Source: Camelus ferus
Taxonomy: Eukaryota
Assembly (NCBI RefSeq): GCF_009834535.1
Contig: NC_045697.1
Coordinates: forward strand, 104,844,001 to 104,908,000
Direction of reading: 5' to 3'
DNA length: 64,000 nucleotides
Shown here piece after piece: positions 24,640 to 37,233 of this stretch. Under the pieces are notes generated by a model. That model ran no database searches and was not told the origin of the DNA. It was given only the letters and a program-made list of their open reading frames with translations. The translations under genes and the position numbers were made by a program. Each line of letters begins with the position of its first letter. Positions within the stretch are counted from its first letter, which is position 1.

Positions 24640-25430
24640 TCTTGATGTCAGCAATTTCCTACCTCTGTTCTTCCCTTAATCTCTCTTTTCAGGTATCCTG
24701 CAGGGACTCTGATGCCCCGAGTAAATTTCCATCTCCACGCCGCTGTATCTAATTGGGTATCATTCGCGGTACTGTGTAGGCAAAGTCTGTGGCGTTGTCC
24801 CTGGCACTCTCTCTCTCACCCACATCTGGACCATCAGTGTATGTCTTCCTCAGCTTCAGAATAGTCTCAGAGCATGGCCACTTCACCTGACCTCCACTCC
24901 ATCACCCTGGCCAGAATGTGGGCATATCTCACACAGATCTCTGCAGGGACCTCCCTGCTCCCCCCAAGGCATTTCTACAGTCTGTTTTCCGTGGGGCAGG
25001 CAGTGAGCCATCGTGTGGCTTGTCTTTGAACACTCGGGGCCACGCCACCGTCCTCACACCCACACAGCTGCCTTGCTCGGGCTGGACTCTGTGTTGAGAG
25101 TCTTTGCTTTTGTTCATCCTTCTGCCTGGATCTCCCTGCCTCGCTCCTCCAAATAGTCTTCCAAACACTCTCCACTCAGACTTCCCCTTACTAGAGAAGT
25201 CTTCCGACTGTCTTACTTAGAGTGTCTGTTCCCCTTACTCTGCTTTTTTCCCCCTTACTCTTACCACAGCCATTTGCCTTACTGCCTGTTCGGTTGTTAA
25301 TGTGGCTTCTTCCAACAGGATGTAAGCTCCTTGCAGGTAAAATCATTGTTCTGTTTGGTACTCTGTCCCCGGTGCTTAGAATCGGACTTGTCAGTGAGTA
25401 GGCACTTAATAAATATTTATTGAATGAACA
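24640..25430 (+). mobile_element. L2 3' portion
   Basis: Ends tgtaagctccttgcagg...gtaggcacttaataaatatttattgaatgaa, the canonical L2 terminus. Confidence 0.8.
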
Positions 25431-26199
25431 GGTGTGAGAGGCTTGCACGGAGAGCTTGGGCTTCGGCTGTTTCATCATTCCCAAAGATAATTAAGGTCTG
25501 TATTGGCAATTTGAGGAGACTCTCAAATTGAATCATTTCACGTTTACTGAGATTACATATCCTTTCCTGTCTTGCTCAGTTTGCTCTCTACAAACGCCAG
25601 CTCCCACCTGACATGTCTATTGCAAGCATGCAGGCCTGAAGAAGGGGGATGCTCTTCAAAGGGAAAAAGGTTCGATGTGGATTTTGGCTGCTTTTGGCAG
25701 TGGCTAGTGCATTGCTGATCTTTAGTGAATTGAGTTGAAGTGCTCAAGGGATTAATAAAGGTTGCTGGAAGTCGTCCTCAGCCTGGGCATGGAAACTTGT
25801 TATCTCTTCTTTCCTCTTGTTTCCAAGGAAAATGACAGGAGAAAATTGTGGCTAACACCAGGCTGGCAGTTTTGGTAATTCTGTTATGATCTTTACCTAG
25901 AGCTCTATGTTTCTTGAGCATAGTAACTACTGCCTGCATCACATCCCTAAATTCTGATTAATATTTGTGCTAGAACAAGAATTAGATATTTGAGAAAATT
26001 CCATTACTGCTGAATTTTAATGTGTATTTTTGTTTCCTGAGTAGTCAAATAATTTTATTGCAGTAAATATGACTAGAAAAATAGGCCCTTTGGATATCTT
26101 TGAGTGATCTACTCTCATTATGTGTATTTACAGGAGGAACGGTCAGGAATGAGATGATCATCAAATTGAAATTGTATGTTTGTTAAAAATGACTTTTGC

Positions 26200-27282
26200 T
26201 TGTTGTAGCAGACTAAGTGTGTGTTTTCCAGCACCACCAAGCAGTTAACTCAATTCTGACACTGTCTGCCTGGAGATGGCTTCAAATCTTACAGGTTTAT
26301 GGCTCAGTCCTACAAGATTGCCCCATTTCTGACACCAGTTGCAAGTCCTTGTTACCTGTGCTTCTGACTGACTGTATCACTATAACTATAAGTGTGTGTG
26401 TGTGTGTGTGTGTGTGTATAAAACTATATAAATAAGAGGTTCCTGTGACTCCTTCCTTGGGTTTGAGTAATTTGCTAGAGTGGCTCATGGAACTCAGAAA
26501 TATTTACGTAAGTTTTCTAGCTTACTATAAAGGATAAGACAGAGGATACAGATGAACAGCCAGATGAAGAAGTACACAGGGTGGGGTCTGGAAGGGTCCC
26601 AAGTGCAGAAACTTCTGACCTCCTGGAACTGAGGTTCTTCACTCTCTGGGTAAGTGGACGGGTTTTCTGGTGACCTGAAATAAATAGATGGCCTGATATT
26701 TCTCTAGTAAAGATGGGTTTACTTGGGATCAGTTTGTGGTCTGCAAGCATGGCAAGCCATGTGCAAGTTCCCCCAGGGCAAGGGAAGCAGCACCCTTTTA
26801 TAGAGAGGAAAAGGAAGTTGTAGTAGGCAAACAGGCCGTGGCTTTTCACTGGCTGCGTCCTTGCTAGGGGAGAAGAGCAGTCCCCCTCCTTCCTGTTGGT
26901 CTCTGCTCCGGTCGCAGGCTGCGAGAGCTCCCCCTTCTGGTCTCCCGGCTCTGTTTAATTGAGGTTTCTGTGTATTAATTTTTCACGGACGCTCATGAAC
27001 TGCTGCTCAGGAGTTTTTATAGAGCTTAATCTGTAGTGCTTCCCCATTCCCAGAGGTTGAGGGGTGGGGCCGAAAGTTCCAACCCTCTGATCAGTTGGTC
27101 TTCCGGGTGCTATCTTGGGGCCTCACCCTAAGTGACCTCATTAGCTTAAATTCAAGTGTTCTCAAGACAGGCTCCTTACAGATGACAAAAGACACTTCCC
27201 TCACTCAGGAAACTCCCAGGGCTTTAGGAGGTTTGTTGCGGGAACCTGGGACAGAGACCAGATACATTTCCTATTATACCAC
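26200..27282 (-). mobile_element. MER21-family LTR with an internal (TG)n and a nested second LTR
   Basis: caattctgacactgtctgcctggagat...ggctcagtcctacaagattgcccc...taatttgctagagtggctcatggaactcag...agatgaacagccagatgaaga; homologous to 63310-64000. Confidence 0.8.
26660..26985 (-). mobile_element. Short LTR nested in MER21
   Basis: Segment absent from the homologous MER21 copy at 63310-64000; ends ...aatttttca; minus-strand TATA (ttttata); left boundary uncertain. Confidence 0.6.
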
Positions 27283-27506
27283 ATGAATAGTGATTGAGTC
27301 AGGCTAAAGGTCTGTGCTGCTAGGCATAATTTGGGTGTCTGTAAATTATGGGTTATTGACACTGTGAAGGATTCTGGTGATTTAATCATGCACAGCAGTT
27401 CTGAATGCTCAGAACATTAGGAGGCTATTGATAGAGGCTGACCAGCGATGCTGGGGTAATTGCAGTAGCACAACCAGGAGAGAGAATCCACTAAAAAAAA
27501 ATGGCT

Positions 27507-27542
27507 GGGGGAAGGTGTAGCTCAGTGGTAGAGTGCATGCTT
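27507..27542 (+). mobile_element. 5' fragment of camelid SINE (A-box half only)
   Basis: gggggaaggtgtagctcagtggtagagtgcatgctt, then unrelated sequence. Confidence 0.8.
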
Positions 27543-27624
27543 CTCATTTGGCTTAGTTAATAAACACTGTTATTTATTGCATTTAAACGTTACTTTAAAA
27601 ATCACTGGATGACAAAAAAAATTG

Positions 27625-27853
27625 CATCAATGTTTTGTAGTTCTCCATATATAAGTCTTTCACCTCCTTGGTCATATTTATTCCTAAGTATTTTATTCTT
27701 TTGGCTACGATTTTAAAAGGGATTGTCTCTTTACTCTCTTTCCTTGTGGATTCATTGTTAGTGCAAAGAAATGCCACTGCTTTCTGTACGTTAATCTTGT
27801 ATCCTGCTACCTTGCCAAGTTCTTTCATTAGCTCCAGTAGTTTTTGTGTGGAG
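27625..27853 (-). mobile_element. Internal L1 ORF2 (reverse transcriptase region) fragment
   Basis: Translates KELGKVAGYKINVQKAVAFLCTNNE...IPFKIVAKRIKYLGINMTKEVKDLYMENYKTLM, a classic L1 ORF2 motif. Confidence 0.93.
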
Positions 27854-27889
27854 AAAACTTACTACATGTTAGATACATTTTTTTTCCAA

Positions 27890-28835
27890 AAATTAAAAAA
27901 TTTTTGTTGTGGTAAAATAGATATAACAGAAAATGTATGATTTCAACCATTGACAAGTATACAGTTAGTTCAGTGTCATGAAGAACAGTCACATTGTTGT
28001 GCAACCAGTCACCACATTTCATCTGTAGAACCCTTTTCAGCTCACAGTGCTGAAACTCTATGTGCTTTGAACAGTAGCTCCCCATCCCCTGTCTTCCCAC
28101 CTCCAGACCACCAATCAGCTTCCTGTCTCTGTGAATTTCACTGTTCCAGGCACCTTGTATCAGTGGAATTGTACAGTATTTGTCCTACTGTGACTGGCTT
28201 ACTTCACTTAGCATAGTGTGCTCAGAGTTCATCCTCATTGTAGCAGGTGTCAGAATTTCCTTCCTTTTTGAGGCTGAAAAACATTCCATTATCTGTATTG
28301 ACCACATTTTGTTTGTTCATGTGTCAGTGGACACTTTGGTTGCTTCTACCATTTAGCTCTTGTGAATAACACTGCTCTGAATGGGGGTGTGCCAGTATCT
28401 GTTTGAGTCCCTGCTTTCGTTCTTGGGAGTATACATGCAGAAGTGGAATTACTGGAGTGTTTGGTAGTTCTATTGTTAATCTTTTTGGAGAATTGCCGTA
28501 CTGTTTTCCACAGCAGCTGCATCATTTTACATTCTAACCCGCAGTGCACAAAGTTTCAGTTTCTCCACATCCTCACCAATTTGTTTTTTCTTTTTTTGGA
28601 TAGGTTCTTTTCTTTCTTTCTTTTTTGATAAGTTTGTGTTTCCTTTTCTTTCTCTTTTCTTCTCCTTCCTTCCGTCCTTCATTCCTTCTGTCCTTCCTTC
28701 CTTCTGTCCTTCCTTCCTTCTTTCCATAAATGTGGGTTGGTACCTTGTGGTTTTGGTTTGTATTTCCCTAATGATGAGTGATGTTGAGCATCTTTCCATG
28801 TGCTTAGATATGGCCCCTTTAGATAAGTGTCCAGA
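27890..28835 (-). mobile_element. Old L1MA/L1MB 3' end with internal (CCTT)n microsatellite (~28660-28720)
   Basis: ORF2 C-terminal remnants (MERCSTSLIIREIQTKTTRY; CKMMQLLWKTV) plus 3' UTR. Confidence 0.85.
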
Positions 28836-29372
28836 TAAATACTTGTAAAAGTAAAATTAGTCACGTTAGGAAATACACGATGCCTTGTAGGAACTGTCTT
28901 GAGGACAAGTGGCTTCTCCGCTGTTCCTCCCTGGAGCCGTGCTCCTCTTCCAGGTCCTTTCTTGTTAGACAAGATAAGCTGGAACCATTTTTTGGAGTAG
29001 TGTCCTGAAACCATGTGGTGCCTTTTCCCTCCCGGTAGATGGGACCTTGTGAGGGCTTAGGAGCATGACTGCCTGCAGGTGGGCTTCCTGCCCAGGCCTG
29101 CCTGTGAGAGCCAAGTTCTTGAGCTGGTGCCATGGGCACCTCTTCCTCACCTGCTGCCTTCACTCATGAGTGCTGAGGTGACTGGGATTTGCTCAACTCC
29201 CTTACCTAGGCCACTTCATTCTTAGGGGATTTGTTAACGGAAATAACGCAGGTGTAATTTGGGTTCTGTGTATGCGGCCACCGTGGGTGTCACTTGTGGT
29301 TAGGGTAGGTTTTTCACAAAGAGCTTAACGGTGTGATTGTCAGTCCTTTGGGGTCAACCTCGTCACAGAGAA

Positions 29373-29608
29373 CAGGGATTGGCAACGTTTTTCTGCAGAG
29401 AGTCAGATAGTAAACATTGTATTAGACTTAGGAAGACCACAAGGTTCCTGTCTCAACTACTCAGTCTCTTGAACTAATCAGCTACTGTAGCAGGAAAGAA
29501 GTCATGGAAGACACATGCATCAGTAGTCATGACTAGAGTCCAATCCAACCTCACTTACAGGCGGCGGGCCACGTCTGGCCCATAGACTGTAGCTTTGCAG
29601 AGCTGGGG
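29373..29608. mobile_element. MER58-like hAT MITE ending ~40 bp before exon 6
   Basis: cagggattggcaacgtttttctgcagagagtcagatagtaaaca...caggcggcgggccacgtctggcccatagactgtag. Confidence 0.75.
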
Positions 29609-29648
29609 TAAATCTTTAATTTGACCAGCCTCCATTGTTTTAACACAG

Positions 29649-29759
29649 GCAGATATCCAAGTGGAACAAAACCGGCAACACTTTTACGAACTGTCTCTTG
29701 AATACGTATGCAAGCTTCAGGAAATCCAAGAAAGGAAGAAGTTTGAGTTTGTGGAACCC
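29649..29759 (+). CDS. ARHGAP10: ARHGAP10 coding exon (probable exon 6), BAR domain: [37 protein letters not shown]
   Basis: Acceptor ttttaacacag|GCA, donor CCC|gtaagt; 111 nt, phase 0-0. Confidence 0.97.
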
Positions 29760-30754
29760 GTAAGTATATAATAGCACGTTGTTCTGCTAGTTGAATTATG
29801 GATGAAGTAAAAATTTTTTCTTTCAAGAGCTAATGTATGGTTGCTAGAGTCTGTAATGCATAAACATGAGGCAAGACACCGCACTTTGTAAACAGCGGAC
29901 CCAGATAGCCATGAAGTTGAAGAATCACCTCTAAATAGTGGTTCTCTGCCTTCTTTGCATAGCAGCGTGCAGTGCAGAGTTTCCTCTTGCTACGTGGTCT
30001 CCAGGACTCTGCAGTTAGGTCAGTTTCTGCTACCCTAGTGGTGACTCCACCCTTGAAAGAAATCCCCTTGAAAGAAATTATATTGGAATGTGAGTGAGAG
30101 TGTTGGTGTTTTGGGGATAATCTCCCCTCTACTCAAATTTGTTTTTAAAGCAAGGGCACCAGTCCAGACTTTGAAACTTTCAACAATGATTGATAACATT
30201 ATTTCTAATACAGCTCACAATGCTTATGCAATTTAAGAACCAGTGCATGGAGCTTTTGAAACTGTTTTGTGAGTTGCCCTGATGTTTCGTTATACTTATT
30301 TTAGAAACACATGGTTTTCGTTTGTGCTTCTATAGATGTACTCTTGATTGCTGCAGTTACTTATATATGAATATATGTATTCTGAATCCAAATGTAAAGG
30401 GCATTTCATACTGTGGGTTTTGGAGAAAACATATATAGGTACACTGAGATTCCTGACTCTCAAGATTCATTTTAATTTTAATATAGACTATATTGCATGT
30501 GATTGAAAAAACCCAGCTTTCTTGAGAGAATTCACATGCAGTACAATTTACCCATTGTGTGTATGATTTTGAGAAACAAACTCAATTAATGATTAATTTC
30601 AAAATTAGCAGTTAAATCAACTACATGTCAATAAAAAACAAAATTAAAAAAAAATTAGCTTTTGTGGAAGCTGTGGGCCAGTGGAGTAATAGAACTAACC
30701 TAAACAAAGAAAACCTCCTTAAAGCTTTCTTTTCATGTGAAATTAGAAAAATGG

Positions 30755-30980
30755 CCTACATTTATTGAGCACTTTCAGTGCTCAGTTATTACTCAGGTCA
30801 TTGTTTTAAGCACTTTACTGTGATCTTGCGTGTATTCCATATCCTTAAGGAGATATCTTTATTATCCTACTTAGCAAATGTAGAAATCAGAGAAACTTCA
30901 GTAATTTGCCCATCTGACATTGCTGAAGTTGGGAATTGACCCCTGCTGGCCAGAGTCCCAGATTCCTAACCATTAAACTG
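30755..30980 (-). mobile_element. MIR SINE
   Basis: acatttattgagcact...ttattatcctacttagcaaatgtagaaatcagaga...agtaatttgccca. Confidence 0.6.
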
Positions 30981-31639
30981 CGTGACCTTCTGGAGAAAAT
31001 GAATTTCAGGATTTCTTTCACCCTCACCCCAAATCCCTCTTACTCTAGATTTACTCACATGTGGGACAGAAGCAGCTGCCTTCTTATCAAGAGCCTCTGG
31101 TGGAGAGTTTGTGGGAAACTCAGGGCTTAATAACTGCCCCGTCTCTGCCCTACTCCCTGCCCTAGTCCCTGAGCATCCTTGTCAACAAACTAGAGGTTGC
31201 TCTGCACCGAATGCTCCTTCAAAGAGCCTTTAGCTCTTTGTTCTGCATTTCACGGTCCTTATAGGTTCTGTCGCCTTACAGTGATAACAATTTCAATTAT
31301 AAATCCATGTAGGGGGTCTCTTGATCTAAAAAAAAAAGCACAAATGGCTGATGTAGAATTCCATTTCTCCTATACAGCATACTATCAAAGCTGCCTAAAT
31401 GGCTGTGATATTTAGGGGAAAAAAAATCACAAGTCCTTCAGTTTTTATAGGGGCTGATTCGTGAATAATAAGCAGTTAGATTTAATTGAATTCTAGTGAC
31501 TTCCTTTTAATTATTTTACTTCAATAGAATCACAATGTGGTGACGAGAAATAAGTGGCTGTTTTTATTTACTTTTTTCTCCTGAGGTTTTTATTTTTGTG
31601 TGTGTGTGTGTTAATGTTTCTTTTTCTCCTTTGTTTTAG

Positions 31640-31744
31640 ATGCTGTCATTTTTTCAGGGAATGTTTACTTTCTATCATCAGGGCCATGAACTTGCCAAAG
31701 ACTTTAATCACTACAAAATGGAACTGCAGATCAACATTCAGAAT
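31640..31744 (+). CDS. ARHGAP10: ARHGAP10 coding exon (probable exon 7), BAR domain: [35 protein letters not shown]
   Basis: Long pyrimidine tract ...ttgttttag|ATG, donor AAT|gtaagg; 105 nt, phase 0-0. Confidence 0.97.
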
Positions 31745-31939
31745 GTAAGGAAGTGAACACTTTCTCATACAAAAAGGTGTTTGAGACGTGTATTTTTGTT
31801 TTATTTGGTATATGAAAAGCTTAAACTGAGACCAGGCTGATCTGTCGGTACTGAGAAACTGAGGCTATGTCGCCACCTTCCGGTCAGTTCTCAGCAGAAC
31901 AAACTGCTCTCCATCTAAGTGAGGCTCACACAGTTAGTT

Positions 31940-31953
31940 CTGCCACCTGGCGG
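31940..31953 (-). promoter_or_regulatory. Candidate CTCF motif
   Basis: Minus strand CCGCCAGGTGGCAG is close to the CTCF core CCASYAGRKGGCRS; motif only. Confidence 0.4.
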
Positions 31954-32079
31954 CTCTTTAAAAAAATTCATTTCATGTAATTTATTTTTCTTCCCTTATT
32001 TTCAGAAAAGTCACAAAGTATGTTTTTATAATCAGAATTTTGCATGATTTGCTTCATTGTTAATTTTCCAGGTTAATTG

Positions 32080-32300
32080 CGATATAATTAACGCACAACA
32101 GCACTTGTAAAGTTGAAGGGGTACAGCATAATGGCTTGGCTTACGTATATTGTGAAATGATCTCCACGATAAGTTTAGTAAATACCTATCACCTCATACA
32201 GTTACAAATTTTTTTTCTTTGTGATGATAACTTTGAGTGTCTACTCTCTTAGCAACTTTGAAACATACACGGCAGTGTCAACCAGCCATCTTGCACTTTG
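32080..32300 (-). mobile_element. L1MA9-like 3' UTR fragment
   Basis: aagttgaaggggtacagcataatg...tatattgtgaaatgatctccacgataagtttagt...tctactctcttagcaacttt. Confidence 0.75.
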
Positions 32301-33349
32301 TGGGACAGTTTTAAGGATACGCTTTGTTGGGTAGCCCTAAGTTCACCATGTGTGACATACAGACAAATAGCCCACCACTTTAGATTGAAGGCATTTCAGT
32401 TATAGTCTCTGTTACCTGTATGTATTACTTGATTTTTATTCCCAGATAGGCTTACATTTCCAGTGGAATTTCTTTCCTGGGTTTTATGCATTTCCACTAA
32501 CATACTGGTGTTCACAGTTGCTGTTGGTCTCTATTATTTTCCTAAAAAACGTATGCCTTCTGTTAAGTCTTGGATAAAGAAATTTTGGAGAACTTTATTG
32601 ACTAAACAGAATGATGTATGTGATCTTGATCAGAAGATGATAGATGTTTTTCCTTTAAACACTTCAGTTGATTTTGGAAGTGTCCTCATTGAAAAGCTGT
32701 TCAGGTTATGTTTAGTGTAATTTCAAAAGTTATTAGAAATATAGGGAATGAGTTTTGGGACCAACTCCTAACACATCCTGGAAGACATACAAGTAGAAGA
32801 ATGGGAATCTCTTTGCTGTTTGCTACCTGACCTTCAACGTTCTATAATCTTAGAAACTGAGGAGGAATGGTTTTCACGTAGCTGTCGTTTCTAAGTTATT
32901 TTGGGATTGTTCCGTACGCTTAGGAATGTCAATAATGAAATCTCCTGTGTTTTGTAATTCATGTGTCAATTTGTATTTAAAGATTGTACAGCCTTTCAAC
33001 TGAATGACTAAAAGAGTAGATTCCTCCATTCACCCCCCAAGATCAGTGATATAATGAGCAGGTTTAAAAAATATATCAACGTATACAGGTGTAGATTACT
33101 GCTCAGTTCAAAACTGTCTCTGTAAGCAGTAGAACTAGGTAGGTAGTAGTCTGGCGCATCTGTGATTTATGAGAATACTTTTGCAGACAGCAGAACAGTG
33201 TTATAAAAAAGAACGTTACGTAGTTTAGCAGATGAGGCTATAATCCTGATTTTTCTTACTCTCCGCCAACTGGCTATAGTAACTTGTAGAATCCATTTTT
33301 CTGTCTGTACCTCATCGGTCAAGTGTAGGGCTGGCCTGGATGAGACCCT

Positions 33350-33492
33350 TCAGGCAGAACTGAATCCCTGATTTGTGTAAAATGAGGAGGCAAGACCTCT
33401 TATTCAAAAATGAAGGATTTCAAGACAGCAACAGCCAAGCATTAAATTAAGTGCCCGACCTTCTGAGACTACCTGCCTGTGAAGCCAGCTCC
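33350..33492 (-). mobile_element. MER91-like hAT MITE
   Basis: Reverse complement ttaatgcttggctgttgctgtcttgaaatccttcatttttgaataag resembles MER91. Confidence 0.5.
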
Positions 33493-33635
33493 ACCTCAAG
33501 GTCTGGGGTGAGGTGTGAGAAACTACCCCTGCACGGCTGGCTTATGTGTGGCAGTTCATTCATCACACACCCTTGGGGTCAGGAGGATATTGTTACTTTA
33601 CATACACCACAGTGATTTTGGAAAGACCCAAGATT

Positions 33636-34568
33636 GATCTATCTGTCTGTCTGTCTATCTGTTAAAATACTGTTAGTTACAATGTGTCAGTTTCTGGTGT
33701 ACAGCACCATGTCCCAGTCATGCATATACATACATATATTCACTTTCATATTTTTTTCATTAAAGGTTATTACAAGATATTGAATGTAATTCCCTGTGCT
33801 ATACAGCAGAAACTTGTTTTTAATCTATTTTTATATATAGTGGCTAACATTTGTACATTTCAAACTCCTAAATTTATCCTTCCCACCCCCTCTCCCCGGT
33901 AACCATAAGATTGTTTGCTATGTCTGCGAGTCTGTTTCTGTTTTGTAGACGAGTTCATAGTGTCCTTTTATTATTTCTTTCTTTTTTTTTTTTTTTAAGA
34001 TTCCACATATGAGTGATATCATGGTATTTTTCTTTCTCTTTCTGGATTATTTCACAGAATGATAATCTTTAGGTCCATCCATGTTGCTGCAAATGGCATT
34101 ATTTTATTCTTTTTTATGGCTGAGTAATATTCCATTGTATAAATATACCACAATTTCTTTATCCATTCATCTGTCAGTGGACACTTAGGTTTGTTTCCAT
34201 GTCTTGTCTATTGTAAGTAGTGCTGCTATGAACATTGAGGTGCAGGTGTCTTTTTGAATTAAGGTTCCCTCTGGATATATGCCCTAGAGTGGGATTGCTG
34301 AGTCATATGGTAAGTCTATTTTAAGTCTTTTGAGGAACCTCCATACTGTTTTCCACAGAGACTGCAGTAAACTGCATTCCCACCAGCATTGTAGGAGGGT
34401 TCCTTCCCTTTTCTCCACAGCCTCTCCAACATTTATTGTTCATGGACTTTTGAGTGATGACCATTCTGACTGGTGTGAAGTGATACCTCATTATAATTTG
34501 GATTTGCATTTCTCTGATAATTAGTGATATTGAGCATTTTTTCATGTGCCTTTTGGCTATTTGTATGA
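33636..34568 (-). mobile_element. Young camelid-type L1, 5'-truncated (ORF2 end + 3' UTR)
   Basis: ORF2 remnant [28 protein letters not shown]...[11 protein letters not shown]; 15-bp TSD gaaagacccaagatt (33621-33635) / gaaagacctaagatt (34569-34583); tail decayed to (TCTA/TCTG)n. Confidence 0.95.
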
Positions 34569-35269
34569 GAAAGACCTAAGATTTAAATGGGAATGAGCGA
34601 CACTCAGGCATGAAATGCTATAAACAAAATTTGAAGGCAGCTGTCATTGAAATGATTCACCTGGTTAATATCCTTTGTATGTTAAGACCCTAACACACAT
34701 GCGTGGTAACATTCGTTTCCCATAGAGAAATGAGCAAAGAATAAAAAATACTCATTTTCTGTACCCCCTGTAACTTACGGGTTGTCATTAGTAAATTGCC
34801 CAATCCCCAACCTCTTCCCCAAACTCTCCTCTCTGCCTATGATTCTGGCTCTTTCTGAGGCTGGTCCTGCGTCTCTACAGGTAGAGGCTCTTTCCCACCT
34901 CACCTTCCGTGTCGAGAACACCTGATCTAGGAGTCGCCTTTGCTCTTCATTTTTGCTTCTAGCTAATTCTTTTCCCTTTAGAAAGACCAGCCCCTTGGAA
35001 ACACATGAACACTCTCATGTGACCTATTATAATGCTTCCAGTCTAACATTACTATTACTTGATACTGACCCATACACCTAGAATTTAGAATTAGAAATTG
35101 CCAGGTTCCAGCCACTCTATTGTTTGTGCTCAAATTTAAAAAATGTAATTTTCACCATTACTCATAATTAACCTGAAACGATACATTAAAAAAAAAGTAG
35201 CAAAACCTTCCTTTCCCTTCCCGGTGCCGAGTCACAAGCATCTGAGGAAGGAGGGCAGTGAGGGCAGGG

Positions 35270-36050
35270 GGTACCACCATATGGAGGGTCTGCAGCAATG
35301 AAAGTGAGGGTGGGAGGGCACAGAGGCAGCATGCGGAGGAGGTGGCTGGAATATTTGGGAGACTGGTTACATTGAACAGATATGTTAATCGAGCAAATAA
35401 GTAAATATACTGAGAGTAATGAGAGCCAGATTTTTCACTGTCTGAAAAGTGCAGAATTAGAAAAGGATAATCTAGAAAGAAATCTGTATCCAAAGGAAGT
35501 ATTGGATTGGAATTAAATGTCATGATATGAACTCATGTGTTTTAAAATACACAGATAGATACAGAAGTTGTGATATGTATATGTACATATATATGTATGT
35601 CTGTGTATGTATACACATATACACATTTCCTCAGTCTTTTCTTCCAGGAAAACCTAGAAGCAGTGACACCCCCTTAGCTGTGAGCACGTTGTGCCTAGAC
35701 CTTGGCTTCTAAATACTACACACCACTGAAGGGAGTAAGGGCTCCTTTGGGGAATGGCTGATGTGAGGACTGGGCCAGAGGAGGTATAAGGTAAACCTGG
35801 GATACCTTTTTGGATCAGAAAGTAAGGGGTTACTCAGAAAATTAAGAGAGTATGTCAGAAGACACAGGTGCCAGCTAGAAGGGACGCCTGCTGGTCAAAT
35901 CCAGGATGATTTGAGCATTAACCTATGATTTGGGCATTAACCTAAATACTGAGATGGAACTCATGAGGTTAACAGGACTGTGTATGTGCTAGCATGTGTC
36001 ATATATGGCATGCACATATGTGTGTGTGTATGTATAGTTGTTAGACACAG
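35270..36050 (+). mobile_element. Old L1MC/L1MD-type 3' UTR
   Basis: gagagccagatttttcactgtc...tattggattggaatt...cctagaagcagtgacacccc...gggctcctttggggaatggctgat. Confidence 0.7.
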
Positions 36051-37233
36051 AGATGGAATGAAGTGAGGATTGAGAGGAATCTCAGTATAGTGACAAAGAA
36101 GAATAAAATAAGGGTATAATCAGTATTAAGATGGGGACAAGAAATCCCAGAGGCATGAGAAGTGGGAAGGCAAGAGAGGGGACTGGCCATCCGCAAGTGA
36201 GCCCCACCCTCTTTGCTGCCCTGTACTTTATATAAAGGAGTTAAAACAAAAACCAAAAACCACCTCTCAGCTTGTGTTTAAAATAAGCCTCTGCAGTTAA
36301 GTTTCCCCTCTACAATCTACATTTATCAGACTCTCCATCCCCCTAAAACATGTGCCATTCTATCATTTTTCTGCATTTGGAATCCTTGGTAACCTCTTCC
36401 CTTGTAGGGAGGAGAGAGGAGAAATTTCAATAATAATTTTTCATCTCAGCTCCTCCGCAGTTTCACATCAGCAGTTTTTCAGTATTAATACAATTATTTT
36501 TGAGTGTGGATGAAAGAAATGTCCAGAAACTTGGCGGTGCTGACTCAGCACGTTTGCCTGGGTAATTTTGTCACTTCACCTTGCATGTCCGTTTTCAGTC
36601 TAGCTGTTTGACAGAGATGTTGGCATCCCAAGTCCCCTGGGTTTTGGCAATGTGATTTGTCTCTTTAGGTATCAAAGACATTATTTATAGGTGAGACTCC
36701 CCCACCCCCACCTTCTTCTATGAAGAAATGTCATTTTCAAGCGCAATTGCCATGACCTGAAAAAAATGACACTCATATTGATTAGTTTGCAAAGAAGAAT
36801 TAAATTTCTCAGATTCTGAGTACTTAAACCTATTGCTAATGTGATAGTAAGGAGTCAGATTGATTGTTTCAAAGGAAAGACTTCCCATTTTTTGAAAACC
36901 TTTAAGATTTAGTAATATTGTGAGACCTGGAGGCAGGAATTCTTATGTTGAATAATGGAGTTATTCTTGGTGTTAGAGAGTTTCCATAGTAAATAACCTC
37001 TAGTAACCTTGATTTCTACTCCTCTATTAACTACGTAACCACTGCTTTTTTTTTTTTTTCTATGAACAGCAATCTCAACAGAGACCCACTGGAAAGGATG
37101 GGTATATTTTGAGAAATTAATAGGAAAATGCTACAAATTTTATTAGTTATCCAGAGACTTAAACATGTATGTGAAAAAACTCATGTGAGAACTTAAAATT
37201 TATATATATATATTTTTTTTCAATCTGTTTCAG

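Noticed and set aside
26392..26417. (TG)n microsatellites (also about 51766-51784) and poly-A/T runs at about 20415-20790
   Set aside because: Common simple repeats; useful only as markers.
27595..27828. Reverse-transcriptase-like ORF as a novel RT system
   Set aside because: It is a 229-bp fragment of ordinary L1 ORF2.
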